A DNA stretch of 64,000 nucleotides, from positions 1 to 64,000 of the forward strand of contig CAVQBK010000013.1 of the NCBI GenBank assembly GCA_963710755.1, given 5' to 3'. The notes beneath the pieces are model-generated. The model had not been told where the DNA came from, made no database searches, and saw only the letters and a program-made list of their open reading frames with translations. This stretch comes from an uncultured bacterium (GTDB lineage Bacteria > Oederibacteriota > JAAXVQ01 > JAUVAV01). A program made the translations under genes and the position numbers. Shown here one piece after another: positions 31,059 through 40,878 of the stretch. Position 1 is the stretch's first letter, and every line of letters starts with the position of its first letter.

Positions 31059-31111
31059 ATCCCCCCGGCAGCACCTGGCAATGAAAAGGAGCTGGCCGGG
31101 GGATTTTTTTT
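31059..31111 (+). terminator. Intrinsic terminator
   Basis: ATCCCCCCGGC...GCCGGGGGAT followed by a T-run. Confidence 0.65.
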
Positions 31112-31213
31112 GTATGGGGCATCGATACCTTCTAACCAATTTTTAACATTCATTTCTTCTGTCTTTATGTTATCTTACCATTTCGAACATATGTTCATAA
31201 CCAGGAGTACCCT

Positions 31214-31558
31214 ATGCGTCCCAAAAAAACCAGACTAGTCCGTTGTTCTCCGGAAGAGCGGATTTTCATCCCCAAATGCAAGACTTCCCTGGATAACAGC
31301 CAGGTGCACCTGACGCTGGACGAATTTGAAGCGCTTAGGCTTTGCGACTGCGAGGGATTGGAACAAACCAAAGCCGCGGAAAACATGCAAATATCACGTC
31401 CCACCTTTTCCAGAATCCTGTCGTCGGCTCGCAAGAAAGTTTCGGACGGCCTGGTTAATTTAAAGGAAATCCGCATTGAAGGCGGTTGCTGCCAAATCAA
31501 TTATCCTTTCAAGCGTATAAAAAATACCAAACGCGCCAAAGAAGCCCGGGGGATATAA
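31214..31558 (+). CDS. DUF134 family HTH protein
   Basis: [43 protein letters not shown]...L......IRIEGG. Confidence 0.9.
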   Translation: MRPKKTRLVRCSPEERIFIPKCKTSLDNSQVHLTLDEFEALRLCDCEGLEQTKAAENMQISRPTFSRILSSARKKVSDGLVNLKEIRIEGGCCQINYPFKRIKNTKRAKEARGI

Positions 31559-31559
31559 G

Positions 31560-32606
31560 ATGGCCACATCGTTAACACGAAGATTATCATTTTTAGACCG
31601 TTACCTTACGCTTTGGATATTTGCGGCCATGCTATTGGGGGTGGGACTGGGCTACGGGGTTCCGCAACTAGCCCGCTTCTGGGGCAGTTTTCAGGTGGGC
31701 ACCACCAATCTCCCCATTGCCATCGGTTTGATTTTGATGATGTACCCCCCTCTGGCCAAAGTCAAATATGAGGAATTGCGCGATGTTTTCAGTAATAAAA
31801 AGATCCTGGTTCTCTCATTGCTTCAAAACTGGATTATTGGTCCCATCCTGATGTTCCTGCTGGCCATCATTTTTCTGCACGGCTATCCACAATATATGTT
31901 CGGCTTGATCATGATCGGTTTGGCCCGGTGCATTGCCATGGTGATTGTCTGGAATGAATTGGCCAAAGGCGATACGGACTATTGCGCGGGACTAGTGGCC
32001 TTTAATTCCATTTTCCAGGTACTCTTCTATTCGCTTTATGCCTGGATCTTCATCACCATTATTCCCAATTGGTTCGGCCTGCATGGGATGGCGGTCCATA
32101 TCACTATTGCCCAAATTGCCAAGAGCGTCTTGATCTATTTGGGTATCCCCTTTCTGGCCGGCATGATCACCAGGTTTTCTTTAATCCACTTCAAAGGCAA
32201 AGATTGGTATCAACATAAGTTTCTCCCTTTGATCAGCCCGCTCACGCTGATAGCACTATTGTTTACCATCGTGGTCATGTTCTCTCTCAAAGGAGACTAT
32301 ATTGTTAAACTGCCGCTCGACGTAGTCAGAATCGCCATTCCCCTGCTGATCTATTTCGTGGTGATGTTTTTTATTTCGTTTTATATGGGCAAGAAGGCCG
32401 GGGCGGATTACAGTAAAACCGTCACCCTGTCGTTTACCGCGGCTAGCAATAATTTCGAACTGGCTATTGCCGTGGCGGTGGCGGTATTCGGCATCAACTC
32501 CGGGGCGGCTTTCGCCGCGGTTATTGGCCCCTTGGTGGAAGTGCCGGTCCTGATCGGTTTGGTTAATGTGGCCTTAAGATTACAAAGGAGGTACTGGCAT
32601 GACTAA
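31560..32606 (+). CDS. acr3: Acr3 family arsenite efflux transporter
   Basis: [41 protein letters not shown]. Confidence 0.96.
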   Translation: MATSLTRRLSFLDRYLTLWIFAAMLLGVGLGYGVPQLARFWGSFQVGTTNLPIAIGLILMMYPPLAKVKYEELRDVFSNKKILVLSLLQNWIIGPILMFLLAIIFLHGYPQYMFGLIMIGLARCIAMVIVWNELAKGDTDYCAGLVAFNSIFQVLFYSLYAWIFITIIPNWFGLHGMAVHITIAQIAKSVLIYLGIPFLAGMITRFSLIHFKGKDWYQHKFLPLISPLTLIALLFTIVVMFSLKGDYIVKLPLDVVRIAIPLLIYFVVMFFISFYMGKKAGADYSKTVTLSFTAASNNFELAIAVAVAVFGINSGAAFAAVIGPLVEVPVLIGLVNVALRLQRRYWHD

Positions 32607-33021
32607 GGTGCTGTTTGTATGTGTTCACAATTCCGCCCGCAGCCAAATGGCGGAAGCTTTTTTAAACCAATACGGTGCCGGCCGCTTTGAGGCGGAAAGC
32701 GCCGGTCTGGAGCCGGGAAAACTCAACCCCTTGGTGGTGGAGGTCATGCAGGAAGCGGGCATTGATATTTCGATGAATCGAACCAAGAGTGTTTATGATT
32801 TTTATAATCAGGGCAAAACTTATAAGTACATCATCACGGTCTGCGCTGAAGGCGAGAACAATTGCCCCTTCTTCCCCGGTGGCGCCCAACATCTGCATTG
32901 GACTTTTGATGACCCGTCACGCTTCACCGGTACCGTGGAAGATAAGTTGGCCAAGACGCGGGTAATTAGAGATCGGATTGAAGCCAAAATTAAAGACTGG
33001 ATGAACACCATTGGGGCCTGA
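32599..33021 (+). CDS. arsC: Arsenate reductase, LMW-PTP/thioredoxin-coupled type
   Basis: [13 protein letters not shown]-loop plus TVC...CP; HWTFDDP. Confidence 0.93.
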   Translation: MTKVLFVCVHNSARSQMAEAFLNQYGAGRFEAESAGLEPGKLNPLVVEVMQEAGIDISMNRTKSVYDFYNQGKTYKYIITVCAEGENNCPFFPGGAQHLHWTFDDPSRFTGTVEDKLAKTRVIRDRIEAKIKDWMNTIGA

Positions 33022-33027
33022 GGTGCA

Positions 33028-33076
33028 ATAGCTCAAATTTGATCTGACCATACTTGTCAGATCAAATTTGAGCTAT
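33028..33076. repeat. 21-bp-arm palindrome built from the terminus of the 238-bp element
   Basis: ATAGCTCAAATTTGATCTGAC-7 nt-GTCAGATCAAATTTGAGCTAT; compare TAATAGCTCAAACTTAATCTGACC at 40403. Confidence 0.8.
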
Positions 33077-33356
33077 CACACCTAAATATGGTTTTGGAGT
33101 GCTTGAAAATTTCCCTCAATAGGGCTGTCCAACCTGCCTTGGCGTTCGTTTCACAACTTGATTTAATAGTTTCTCATCCCCGTTAGATACATTTCTGTCA
33201 TTAATTTTGCGTTTATACATTTCGGAAAGAATTATGCAGCGCGATTTTAATATAAATCCTGGAAATATAACTTCATTGCCATTGCGACTTTTGGCCTGGA
33301 TTTTGCTCTCTATAATCACCAATAACTTAGGGGCTTCGGCCGGAAAGGACAACATA

Positions 33357-33650
33357 ATGTGTGACGGTCAGCAATGCTGCAAATGCGGTTCCATGCGGAA
33401 TAATTGGGAAAAGGTTCTGGAATATGCTTCAAGTCCTATCCATGGAACCATGTCGCGCAAACTGAGAAAAGGAGTGAAGCTTCAGGTCAACAACAATGTT
33501 ATTTATTCGGAAGCTTCCATTTTCATTAATGACAATTTTTTGCGTTTTGTGGTCAAGGGCGACCATAACGAAATGGTCAACACCTACTATGATCTGCGAA
33601 AAATAAGTTCGCTGGCCACCATCAGCGAAGAAAAAGAATCCGGAGATTAG
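33357..33650 (+). CDS. Small conserved hypothetical protein (Cys-rich N-terminus)
   Basis: AAGGA RBS, then MCDGQQCCKCG; first gene of a tight three-gene run. Confidence 0.7.
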   Translation: MCDGQQCCKCGSMRNNWEKVLEYASSPIHGTMSRKLRKGVKLQVNNNVIYSEASIFINDNFLRFVVKGDHNEMVNTYYDLRKISSLATISEEKESGD

Positions 33651-33652
33651 TC

Positions 33653-34087
33653 ATGGCTTATGAAGAGGACCCGCCCAACTGGAAGATCTGGCTCGACAAT
33701 GGCATCGGGTATGAAGGGTCGGCCCGGGGCAAGAACGGAAAACCCAGTATGTTTTCCACCACCATCCAATATAATCTCATTGCCCTGGCCTTGGAAAGTT
33801 ATGTCATGGCCATGGTCAATTACCATGGCCAGTTGCCGGAAAATCATACCTTTACTGATCTTATACGGGCTTGGGAGGCCATCAGGCCTCTTGATCCTGG
33901 CTTGAAGGCCACCATATTGAAATACGAGGATATGCAAGCGCTTTGTTCCATTGAGCATTACAACCGCTATGTACCCACTGCAGCGGATATTGAGGAACTG
34001 TCACAAGCCGTCTCAAAGCTAGGGGCTGTAGCCAAGGCTACTTGTCTGGGAACTACCGCCCCTTCTGTGGCCCCGAGCTCGCCATGA
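33653..34087 (+). CDS. Hypothetical protein, HEPN-like helical fold possible
   Basis: YNLIALALE.Y.MA......LPENHTFTDL resembles the HEPN E...H-x-L pattern. Confidence 0.55.
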   Translation: MAYEEDPPNWKIWLDNGIGYEGSARGKNGKPSMFSTTIQYNLIALALESYVMAMVNYHGQLPENHTFTDLIRAWEAIRPLDPGLKATILKYEDMQALCSIEHYNRYVPTAADIEELSQAVSKLGAVAKATCLGTTAPSVAPSSP

Positions 34088-34401
34088 TTGCCAAAAATCC
34101 TTTGGGAATGATCATGAACATGGTTGAAGCCATGGGACTGGAAGTCACCTATGCTTATGATGATTTGGTGTTTGTGGCTCACAATGCTTTTTTGCTGCAG
34201 ATGACACAGACGCCTCGGGAGGTCAACTTTTATTTTAATCAGCAGACCGATCCCAACATGAGAGATACCCTTGCCCGCAAATTAAGCGATCACGGACAAG
34301 AAAAGGGGTTATTACTTATTAATAAGGGTTTTTTCACCTTGGAATCAGCGGACGGGAACGAAGAATTCAAAGTAATTTTTTCCTCAAGTGATCAACCGTA
34401 A
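34084..34401 (+). CDS. Conserved hypothetical protein
   Basis: GLEVTYAYDDLVFVAHNAFLLQ; ATGA overlap with the previous gene. Confidence 0.7.
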   Translation: MIAKNPLGMIMNMVEAMGLEVTYAYDDLVFVAHNAFLLQMTQTPREVNFYFNQQTDPNMRDTLARKLSDHGQEKGLLLINKGFFTLESADGNEEFKVIFSSSDQP

Positions 34402-35104
34402 ACAACGCAACCTGCTGCCGGCACGGTCATTAGCACGGTTTTGCCGTTTTTGGCTTCAACCGGCAGTTCCCGGCCTATTAATTGATCATCAGTGGAAAAT
34501 AAGCACTTGACCTTATTCCCTTCTACATTCAGATCATGGTCAACCGTCACCCAAGCCGTCAAGGCATGATCAGGATCCGTATTGATGGCCACCACCAATT
34601 CCTGGTTGTTGAACAGCCTTGACCAGGCAATGATTGAATTAATACGGCCGCCCCATGATATGGGCAGGCCAAAATCAACACCATTACCTGAAATAGGCCT
34701 CAGGTATTGCCGCCCGCGGCGCAGTTCTATGCGCTCTTGTCTAAGCACCAGCAATTGAAATATCTTTTTATAGAGCGTGGTCTCTTCATCAATAAAATGG
34801 CGATTTTGGCTTTCAAAAGCGCCAAAACTGCCGCCGAACATGGCTTCGCGCAAGTAACGGTCACTATCACCGTGGCCGTTAAAAGCCTGCTCCGTGCCAT
34901 AGTAAATGCAGGGAATGCCCAAGGTGGTGGCCATTAGGGCGACAACATTGAAGACCAATTTTTCATTTTGCTGTCCAGGGCTTTCATCATAACAGAATCT
35001 GGCTTTGTGCTGCCCTTTGCGCACCTGATCATGATCGTCAAAAGTGGTGACCACTTTATTCTTGAACCACACATGCGATTCCTTTTGCACCAGCAAGGAG
35101 TTGC
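34392..35104 (-). pseudogene. C-terminal fragment of a GH13 alpha-amylase-family glycosidase, truncated by the RAYT element
   Basis: TFDDHD, GIPCIYYGTEQ, REAMF; no start or N-terminal domain, abuts the element end. Confidence 0.8.
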
Positions 35105-36179
35105 GTCGTTAGGGGACGGGGTCAACTAATTCAACATAGGTCCCTCTGCCAATTTCCGCCCTCGCTCTTTCGCCTTGCTTGCTGCAGATACACTCATGCG
35201 GGTCGCGCCAGCCATATATTTCACAGTTTTCCCGAAATAATCCACTCCTGTATAAATCAACACTGCCTTTGCCTTTGAGACACTATCCGTCCGGCCTTTT
35301 TGGTATAAAGCTTCTTCTGCAATATTAAATCTCCGGGCAATTTTGGCTGCTGCTTCTGGCAAACTGCCCTGCTTTTTAAATTGTCTTTTTATTTTTTCAT
35401 CTTCCTCAACTGCTGCAAGCGTTTTTCCAACAAAATCCCCGCTCCCCAAAATCCTGGCGTCCGCCTGTTGCCGATCCCCGCCCTTCTTCAGGCTTAACAC
35501 ATTTTCCCATCCGCCGGCGCTCCGCAGCAATCCCCCGCCTGTCAAATCCCTGCGTTTTTTCTCTCCCCAGCTTTCAAAAAGAAATTCTGCATATTTTTTT
35601 TGCGCCTGGGAAAGCTTCGGCCCAAATCGTGACAAAATCTCATCGGTTTCCTGCCACACGCGCGAAATTTTCCCCATCAGGGCCGAGTGCCCCGTATAGG
35701 GATAATCATTCAAATCATCCATACTTTTCACCAACCCCGCCCTTACGGGATTCAGATGGATATAGCGGACCAGCTCCAATAAATAGGTTTCCTCCTCACA
35801 GACAATGGACTTATACCGGTTTTGAAAGAGATACCCACTCCGCTTATGACGGTGATTGAAAGCCACGGCATATCCGGTCATAAGGCGGCGCATAAAACCG
35901 GACAGGCCGCCGCTCCCTGATCGTACCAGTAGATGCAGATGATTGGGCATGAGCGCCCAAGCGTAAATTTGATTGGGGGATTTGGAAAGAGCGGAAGGCA
36001 GCCTTTCGAGAAAGTCGCGATAATCGCTGCTATTACGGAAAATAGTCCTGCGCTCAATGCCGCGCGCAATAACGTGATGAAGCAGACCCGGAGAATCAAT
36101 TCGAGCTTGTCTAGGCATGCTGAAATCTTATCCCTGTATTGTCAAGAATTAGTTGATTAGATGACTCCGTCCCCTTTAT
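35105..36179 (-). mobile_element. RAYT-type HUH transposase element, full copy B
   Basis: Same ends and near-identical sequence to 17839-18913. Confidence 0.88.
35126..36118 (-). CDS. REP-associated tyrosine transposase (Y1/HUH) with C-terminal HTH
   Basis: Differs from 17860..18852 at only about a dozen residues. Confidence 0.92.
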   Translation of the reverse strand: MPRQARIDSPGLLHHVIARGIERRTIFRNSSDYRDFLERLPSALSKSPNQIYAWALMPNHLHLLVRSGSGGLSGFMRRLMTGYAVAFNHRHKRSGYLFQNRYKSIVCEEETYLLELVRYIHLNPVRAGLVKSMDDLNDYPYTGHSALMGKISRVWQETDEILSRFGPKLSQAQKKYAEFLFESWGEKKRRDLTGGGLLRSAGGWENVLSLKKGGDRQQADARILGSGDFVGKTLAAVEEDEKIKRQFKKQGSLPEAAAKIARRFNIAEEALYQKGRTDSVSKAKAVLIYTGVDYFGKTVKYMAGATRMSVSAASKAKERGRKLAEGPMLN

Positions 36180-36642
36180 CCAATTTCTTGAATTTTCCAG
36201 TTTCCCTGGCGCTTAAGACCAGGTCTTTAATGTCCTTTGGCAGTTGTTGATCCTGCCACTGCCGTTCCTGCTCCGTTGACTGTCCCGCTTGTTTGACGGC
36301 TTTTAAAGCATACCATGCCGGCCCTAAGGCATGATCAGCCATGTGAGCCGTGGCCACGGCATGCCCTACGGCACGTGCCACTGCACAGGCCACCGCATCA
36401 GACGCTTCCCTGGCAGCTGCATGGGCCTGTACCGCTGCTTTTCTAGCATCACCCACCGTGGCGTTTCCTTCTTGCCAAGCCCGGGCCACTTGCAAGGCCT
36501 GGATAAGACGTTCATCCATAGTCTTGCCAAACAGCGGCAACACATGCCCGGCACACGCACAGGCCCATTGCATCAACTGACGATGCTGTTCTTTTTGCAG
36601 CGGTCCACCGCGATGGGCGGCTATAAAACGCTTGTCACGCAT
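36157..36642 (-). CDS. Imm5-like putative immunity protein family
   Basis: HRQLMQWACACAGHVL...AHAAAR...ARAVGHAVATAHMADHA...ERQWQ; the stop codon lies inside the RAYT end. Confidence 0.7.
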   Translation of the reverse strand: MRDKRFIAAHRGGPLQKEQHRQLMQWACACAGHVLPLFGKTMDERLIQALQVARAWQEGNATVGDARKAAVQAHAAAREASDAVACAVARAVGHAVATAHMADHALGPAWYALKAVKQAGQSTEQERQWQDQQLPKDIKDLVLSARETGKFKKLDKGDGVI

Positions 36643-36833
36643 TGGGGTTCACCTCATTTTTTTACTTTAAATTATAACCATAGCCGTTTTTCTGTATAGG
36701 CTGTTGACCGTTTTTAATCGACTTTTTCAGCTACCCAATAGTGGTGTTGATTTTGATTAACTTTCCCCAATAAAATTATGGCCGCGGGGTCCAACAAGCG
36801 GTTGAAAAATATTAGGCAAAGGAGATGAGGATC

Positions 36834-37235
36834 ATGGCTGAGAAAAATCCTGTAACGCATTTCGAAATGCCTTATGAAGACAAAGATCGTTTGGTCAATT
36901 TTTACTCGTCTGTTTTTGGCTGGGACATGCAGGCCATGGGTGAAGACATGGGTTATTATGTGACTGCCGCCACCACCGAGACCGACGAAAACAGAATGGT
37001 TAAGACACCGGGCACGATCAATGGCGGCTTTTTTCCCAAAAATGCCCAAACCGAAGGCCTGGCCCCTTCGGTGGTCATCGCCGTTAAGGACATCAAAGAG
37101 GCTATGAAAAATATATCTTCCTCCGGCGGAACAGTCTTGGGTGAGCCTATGGAGATTCCGGGCATTGGTCAGTATGTTTCCTTTACCGACACCGAGGGCA
37201 ACCGGGTAAGTATTTTAGAACCTAAAAACAAGTGA
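36834..37235 (+). CDS. VOC/glyoxalase family protein
   Basis: VTHFEMP...FYSSVFGW, INGGF, GGTVLGEPMEIPGIG.Y.SF.DTEGN. Confidence 0.9.
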   Translation: MAEKNPVTHFEMPYEDKDRLVNFYSSVFGWDMQAMGEDMGYYVTAATTETDENRMVKTPGTINGGFFPKNAQTEGLAPSVVIAVKDIKEAMKNISSSGGTVLGEPMEIPGIGQYVSFTDTEGNRVSILEPKNK

Positions 37236-37244
37236 CCACGCCGT

Positions 37245-38066
37245 TTATTTATGTCTTTCCTGCAATACAGCAGCGGCGACACCTTTAACCCGGGACGTGC
37301 CGGGGAGGGTTCGGTAGAAAGAATATTTTTTCTCGAGGCTGGCCAACTGGAGAGGATCATTGGCAGCCTGAACGAGGGAAAGAAAGTAGGCTTTTTGTTC
37401 TTCCAAAGCGTCAAGATCAGAGAGGGGCCCATGACCGGGCACCACCGTCTTAGCAGGATAAGTTTGGATAAGATGGTCCAGAGCTTTGATCCATTGCCGG
37501 ATGCTCCCGCTACCCTCCTTACCCACCACCGGGACCCAGTGATGGAATACCAGATCGCCGGTCATAAGCAGTTGGCGCTTGGCAAAATAAACGGCTAAGT
37601 CATTGCCAGAATGCGCCGGGCCGGTATTGTAAAGTTTTATAATTTCATCGCCAAAGGTAAGCTCTCTTTCTTTACCCGGTGGCACTGTGTTGGCATCCGT
37701 CTCCTGGCCTCCTGTGATAATCCTTGCATTGGAGAACAACTTGTTCCCACCTATATGGTCGATGTGAGCATGGGTATTAACAATGGTAATCCTATAATCT
37801 CTTGCAGCCCGGACTTGCCTTTTTATTTTCCTGGCGCCTAATCCAAACTTGGTATCCACAATTAGGAACTGTTTGGTTTGGGCGGATTTGAGAATGACCG
37901 AATTTCCTCCGCCGCCAAGCATAATTGTCAGGTCCGGATCAAGGGATATAGTGGAAGTGCGCAGGAAAACCCACAGTAAAGGACCTGCATATAAAACCAA
38001 TGCCGCGAAGAGGGCACCCAGCCCTGCCAGCACCCAAAGTAAAATTGTTAACATCATGTCTCCCAT
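37245..38066 (-). CDS. MBL-fold metallo-hydrolase (cyclase-like) with N-terminal TM
   Basis: NTHAHIDHIGGN, AHSGND, TGDL, VPGHG. Confidence 0.88.
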   Translation of the reverse strand: MGDMMLTILLWVLAGLGALFAALVLYAGPLLWVFLRTSTISLDPDLTIMLGGGGNSVILKSAQTKQFLIVDTKFGLGARKIKRQVRAARDYRITIVNTHAHIDHIGGNKLFSNARIITGGQETDANTVPPGKERELTFGDEIIKLYNTGPAHSGNDLAVYFAKRQLLMTGDLVFHHWVPVVGKEGSGSIRQWIKALDHLIQTYPAKTVVPGHGPLSDLDALEEQKAYFLSLVQAANDPLQLASLEKKYSFYRTLPGTSRVKGVAAAVLQERHK

Positions 38067-38298
38067 CAGTGCTGAATCATAAAAACAAATCGATTATAAA
38101 ATAACCTTGCACCTTAAACAAGCTGCAGATGATCCTACTACCAAGTGCTGGTGCAATGCTATAATCAAAATCACCAAAATTTTTCCAAACCCTCTGCATC
38201 TATCACCAGGGTCTCTTTGGTGGCGATAAAGTGCGAATAGTGTATCCATTGGCCGCCGCCCTATCGTCGGACAAAATTTCCAAAGGAGGCTTATCCTC

Positions 38299-40398
38299 AT
38301 GAAAATATGGCCTGGTCAACCGTACCCCCTGGGTGCGGTGTACGATGGTTCCGGTACCAACTTCTCGTTGTTTTCACAGGTCGCCGAAAAAGTTGAACTG
38401 TGCTTGTTTGATGACCAAGGTCGCGAGACGCGTGTGGAATTGCCGGAAGTAACCGGTTATTGCCATCATGGGTACCTGCCCGAAGTGGAACCTGGACAAC
38501 GCTATGGATTTCGCGTCCATGGCCCCTGGGATCCGGCCAATGGCCATCGTTGTAATCCGGCCAAACTACTGCTCGATCCCTATGCCAAGGCTTTTGACGG
38601 TGAAGTGCAATGGAACGAAGCGGTTTTTCCCTACTATTTCAATAATCCCGAATCCAGCAAAAACGATCTCGACAGTGCAGCTTTCATGCCGCGCAGTGTG
38701 GTCCATCAGCCTTATTTCGATTGGAACGGGGATCGTCGCCTGCAATTACCCTGGCACGAAACGGTCATTTATGAAGCCCATGTGAAAGGTCTCACGGCAA
38801 CCCATCCGGCTATCCCGGCCGCGTTGCGCGGCACCTATGCCGGACTGGCCCAACCGGCTGTCATTGATTACTTAAAAGATCTTGGCATCACAGCTATTGA
38901 GCTCATGCCGGTTCATCATTTCATCCAGGACAAGACCCTGCTGGAAAAAGGCTTGCACAACTATTGGGGATATAATTCCATCGGCTACTTGGCACCGCAC
39001 CAAGCCTATGCGGCCGACAAACGTCCCGAAGGGGCCGTGGCGGAATTCAAACATATGGTCAGAACCCTGCATCAAGCCGGTATCGAGGTTATCCTGGACG
39101 TGGTCTACAACCACACTGCCGAGGGCAATCATCTGGGACCCATGCTCAGCTTCAAAGGTATTGACAATGCTTATTATTACCGGCTGGGCGAAGACAAGCG
39201 TTATTACACGGATTACACCGGCACCGGCAACAGCATGAATATGCGCAATCCGCACGTCCTGCAACTGATCATGGATTCCCTGCGTTATTGGATTCTGGAG
39301 ATGCATGTGGATGGCTTCCGTTTTGATCTGGCCGCTACCTTGGCCCGTGAATTACATGATGTGGACAAACTGTCCGCCTTTTTTGACATCATTCAGCAGG
39401 ATCCGGTAATCAGCCAGGTCAAACTCATTGCCGAGCCATGGGATGTGGGCAAAGGCGGTTATCAGGTAGGCAATTTCCCGCCCGTGTGGACCGAATGGAA
39501 CGGCAAATACCGGGACTGTGTGCGCGATTTCTGGCATAGCCGGGATCAGACTTTGGGAGAATTTGCATTTCGCCTAACAGGCAGTTCTGATTTGTATGAA
39601 AATACTTCTCGTCTGCCCTACGCCAGCATCAATTTCATCACCGCCCATGACGGGTTTACGCTTAATGATCTGGTATCCTACAATAAAAAGCATAACCTGG
39701 CCAACAAGGAAAACAATCGAGACGGTTCTGATGACAACCGTTCCTGGAATTGCGGCGCCGAAGGCCCCAGTGATGCGCCCGCCATTCTGGTCTTGCGCGC
39801 CAGGCAAAAGCGTAATTTCCTTACCACCCTCATGCTATCCCAAGGCGTCCCCATGCTGCTCGGCGGCGATGAATTTGGCCGCACTCAACAAGGCAACAAC
39901 AATGCCTACTGTCAGGACAATGACCTCTCCTGGTTCCACTGGGACAAAGTGGATGATGAGTTGTTGTCGTTCACCCAAGAGCTGATCCGCTTTCGTCGCA
40001 ATCACCCAGTATTCAGGCGGCGCGGCTGGTTTCAGGGCAGGACCATACATGGAAGTGATATCAGTGACATCGCCTGGTTCACCATGGACGGTGAAAAAAT
40101 GGCTGAAGAAAATTGGGAAGAGGGTTTTGCCAAATCGCTTGGTGTCTTTCTCAATGGCACGGCCATCCCCAATCCCAATTCCTTTGGCGAGCCGGTTAAG
40201 GATGACGATTTTTATCTCATCTTCAATGCCAGTGAATTGCCGCTAACGTTTATCCTGCCAGGCTCGGACTGGGGTGAAAAGTGGCTCAAGGAGCTGGATA
40301 CACAGACCGGCTGGCTGGACGGGAAGACGATTCTTAACGCCGGCAACCGGATTGAGGTTGAAGCCCGATCGGTGGTGATATTGCGCCGTATCGATTAA
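38299..40398 (+). CDS. glgX: Glycogen debranching enzyme (GH13)
   Basis: PYPLGA, NYWGY, DVVYNH, DGFRFDLA, AEPWD, AHDGFTL. Confidence 0.97.
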   Translation: MKIWPGQPYPLGAVYDGSGTNFSLFSQVAEKVELCLFDDQGRETRVELPEVTGYCHHGYLPEVEPGQRYGFRVHGPWDPANGHRCNPAKLLLDPYAKAFDGEVQWNEAVFPYYFNNPESSKNDLDSAAFMPRSVVHQPYFDWNGDRRLQLPWHETVIYEAHVKGLTATHPAIPAALRGTYAGLAQPAVIDYLKDLGITAIELMPVHHFIQDKTLLEKGLHNYWGYNSIGYLAPHQAYAADKRPEGAVAEFKHMVRTLHQAGIEVILDVVYNHTAEGNHLGPMLSFKGIDNAYYYRLGEDKRYYTDYTGTGNSMNMRNPHVLQLIMDSLRYWILEMHVDGFRFDLAATLARELHDVDKLSAFFDIIQQDPVISQVKLIAEPWDVGKGGYQVGNFPPVWTEWNGKYRDCVRDFWHSRDQTLGEFAFRLTGSSDLYENTSRLPYASINFITAHDGFTLNDLVSYNKKHNLANKENNRDGSDDNRSWNCGAEGPSDAPAILVLRARQKRNFLTTLMLSQGVPMLLGGDEFGRTQQGNNNAYCQDNDLSWFHWDKVDDELLSFTQELIRFRRNHPVFRRRGWFQGRTIHGSDISDIAWFTMDGEKMAEENWEEGFAKSLGVFLNGTAIPNPNSFGEPVKDDDFYLIFNASELPLTFILPGSDWGEKWLKELDTQTGWLDGKTILNAGNRIEVEARSVVILRRID

Positions 40399-40402
40399 GA
40401 TT

Positions 40403-40640
40403 TAATAGCTCAAACTTAATCTGACCAATAATGTCATCACCGTTGAGAAAACAGTGCCGTAGTAGGATGAGCTTTTCAGGTTAATTTAATTTTGTTAGGT
40501 CTATTTCGAAAGCCGACTGCCGAATGTGGGCAGCCTTAGCTTGCGAAAAGGTGGTAAAACTAATCCTTTTCGCAAATACTTTCTCAAAAGACCTAACGAA
40601 GTAGATTTTAAAACAAAATAAAAAGTCTCAGAACTTAATG
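40403..40640 (+). repeat. 238-bp structured dispersed element, copy 2
   Basis: Diverged inverse copy of 24636-24873, same length. Confidence 0.85.
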
Positions 40641-40878
40641 TCTCAAGTAATAAGCACGATGTGATGATAATGCAGAACGGACAATGAGGGTAAGATTAAG
40701 TTTGGATTATGACAATTAAAAATACTGTACGTTACGCAAAGGTGACACTTAAAACTAAAAAACACCGCGCCATTATTTGCGAGGTGTTTTCAAAAGAGCT
40801 TTTGTCCACGGGCTCTGGTTAAAGTCCTCCAGCACTAAACGGCGGACTTGTAGGTGTTGTTTGCTAATCCCTGCTTTT

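Noticed and set aside
14604-35115. GTTAG motifs as integron attC/attI sites
   Set aside because: They are part of the shared RAYT element end, lack a matching inverse core with attC symmetry, and no integron integrase is present.
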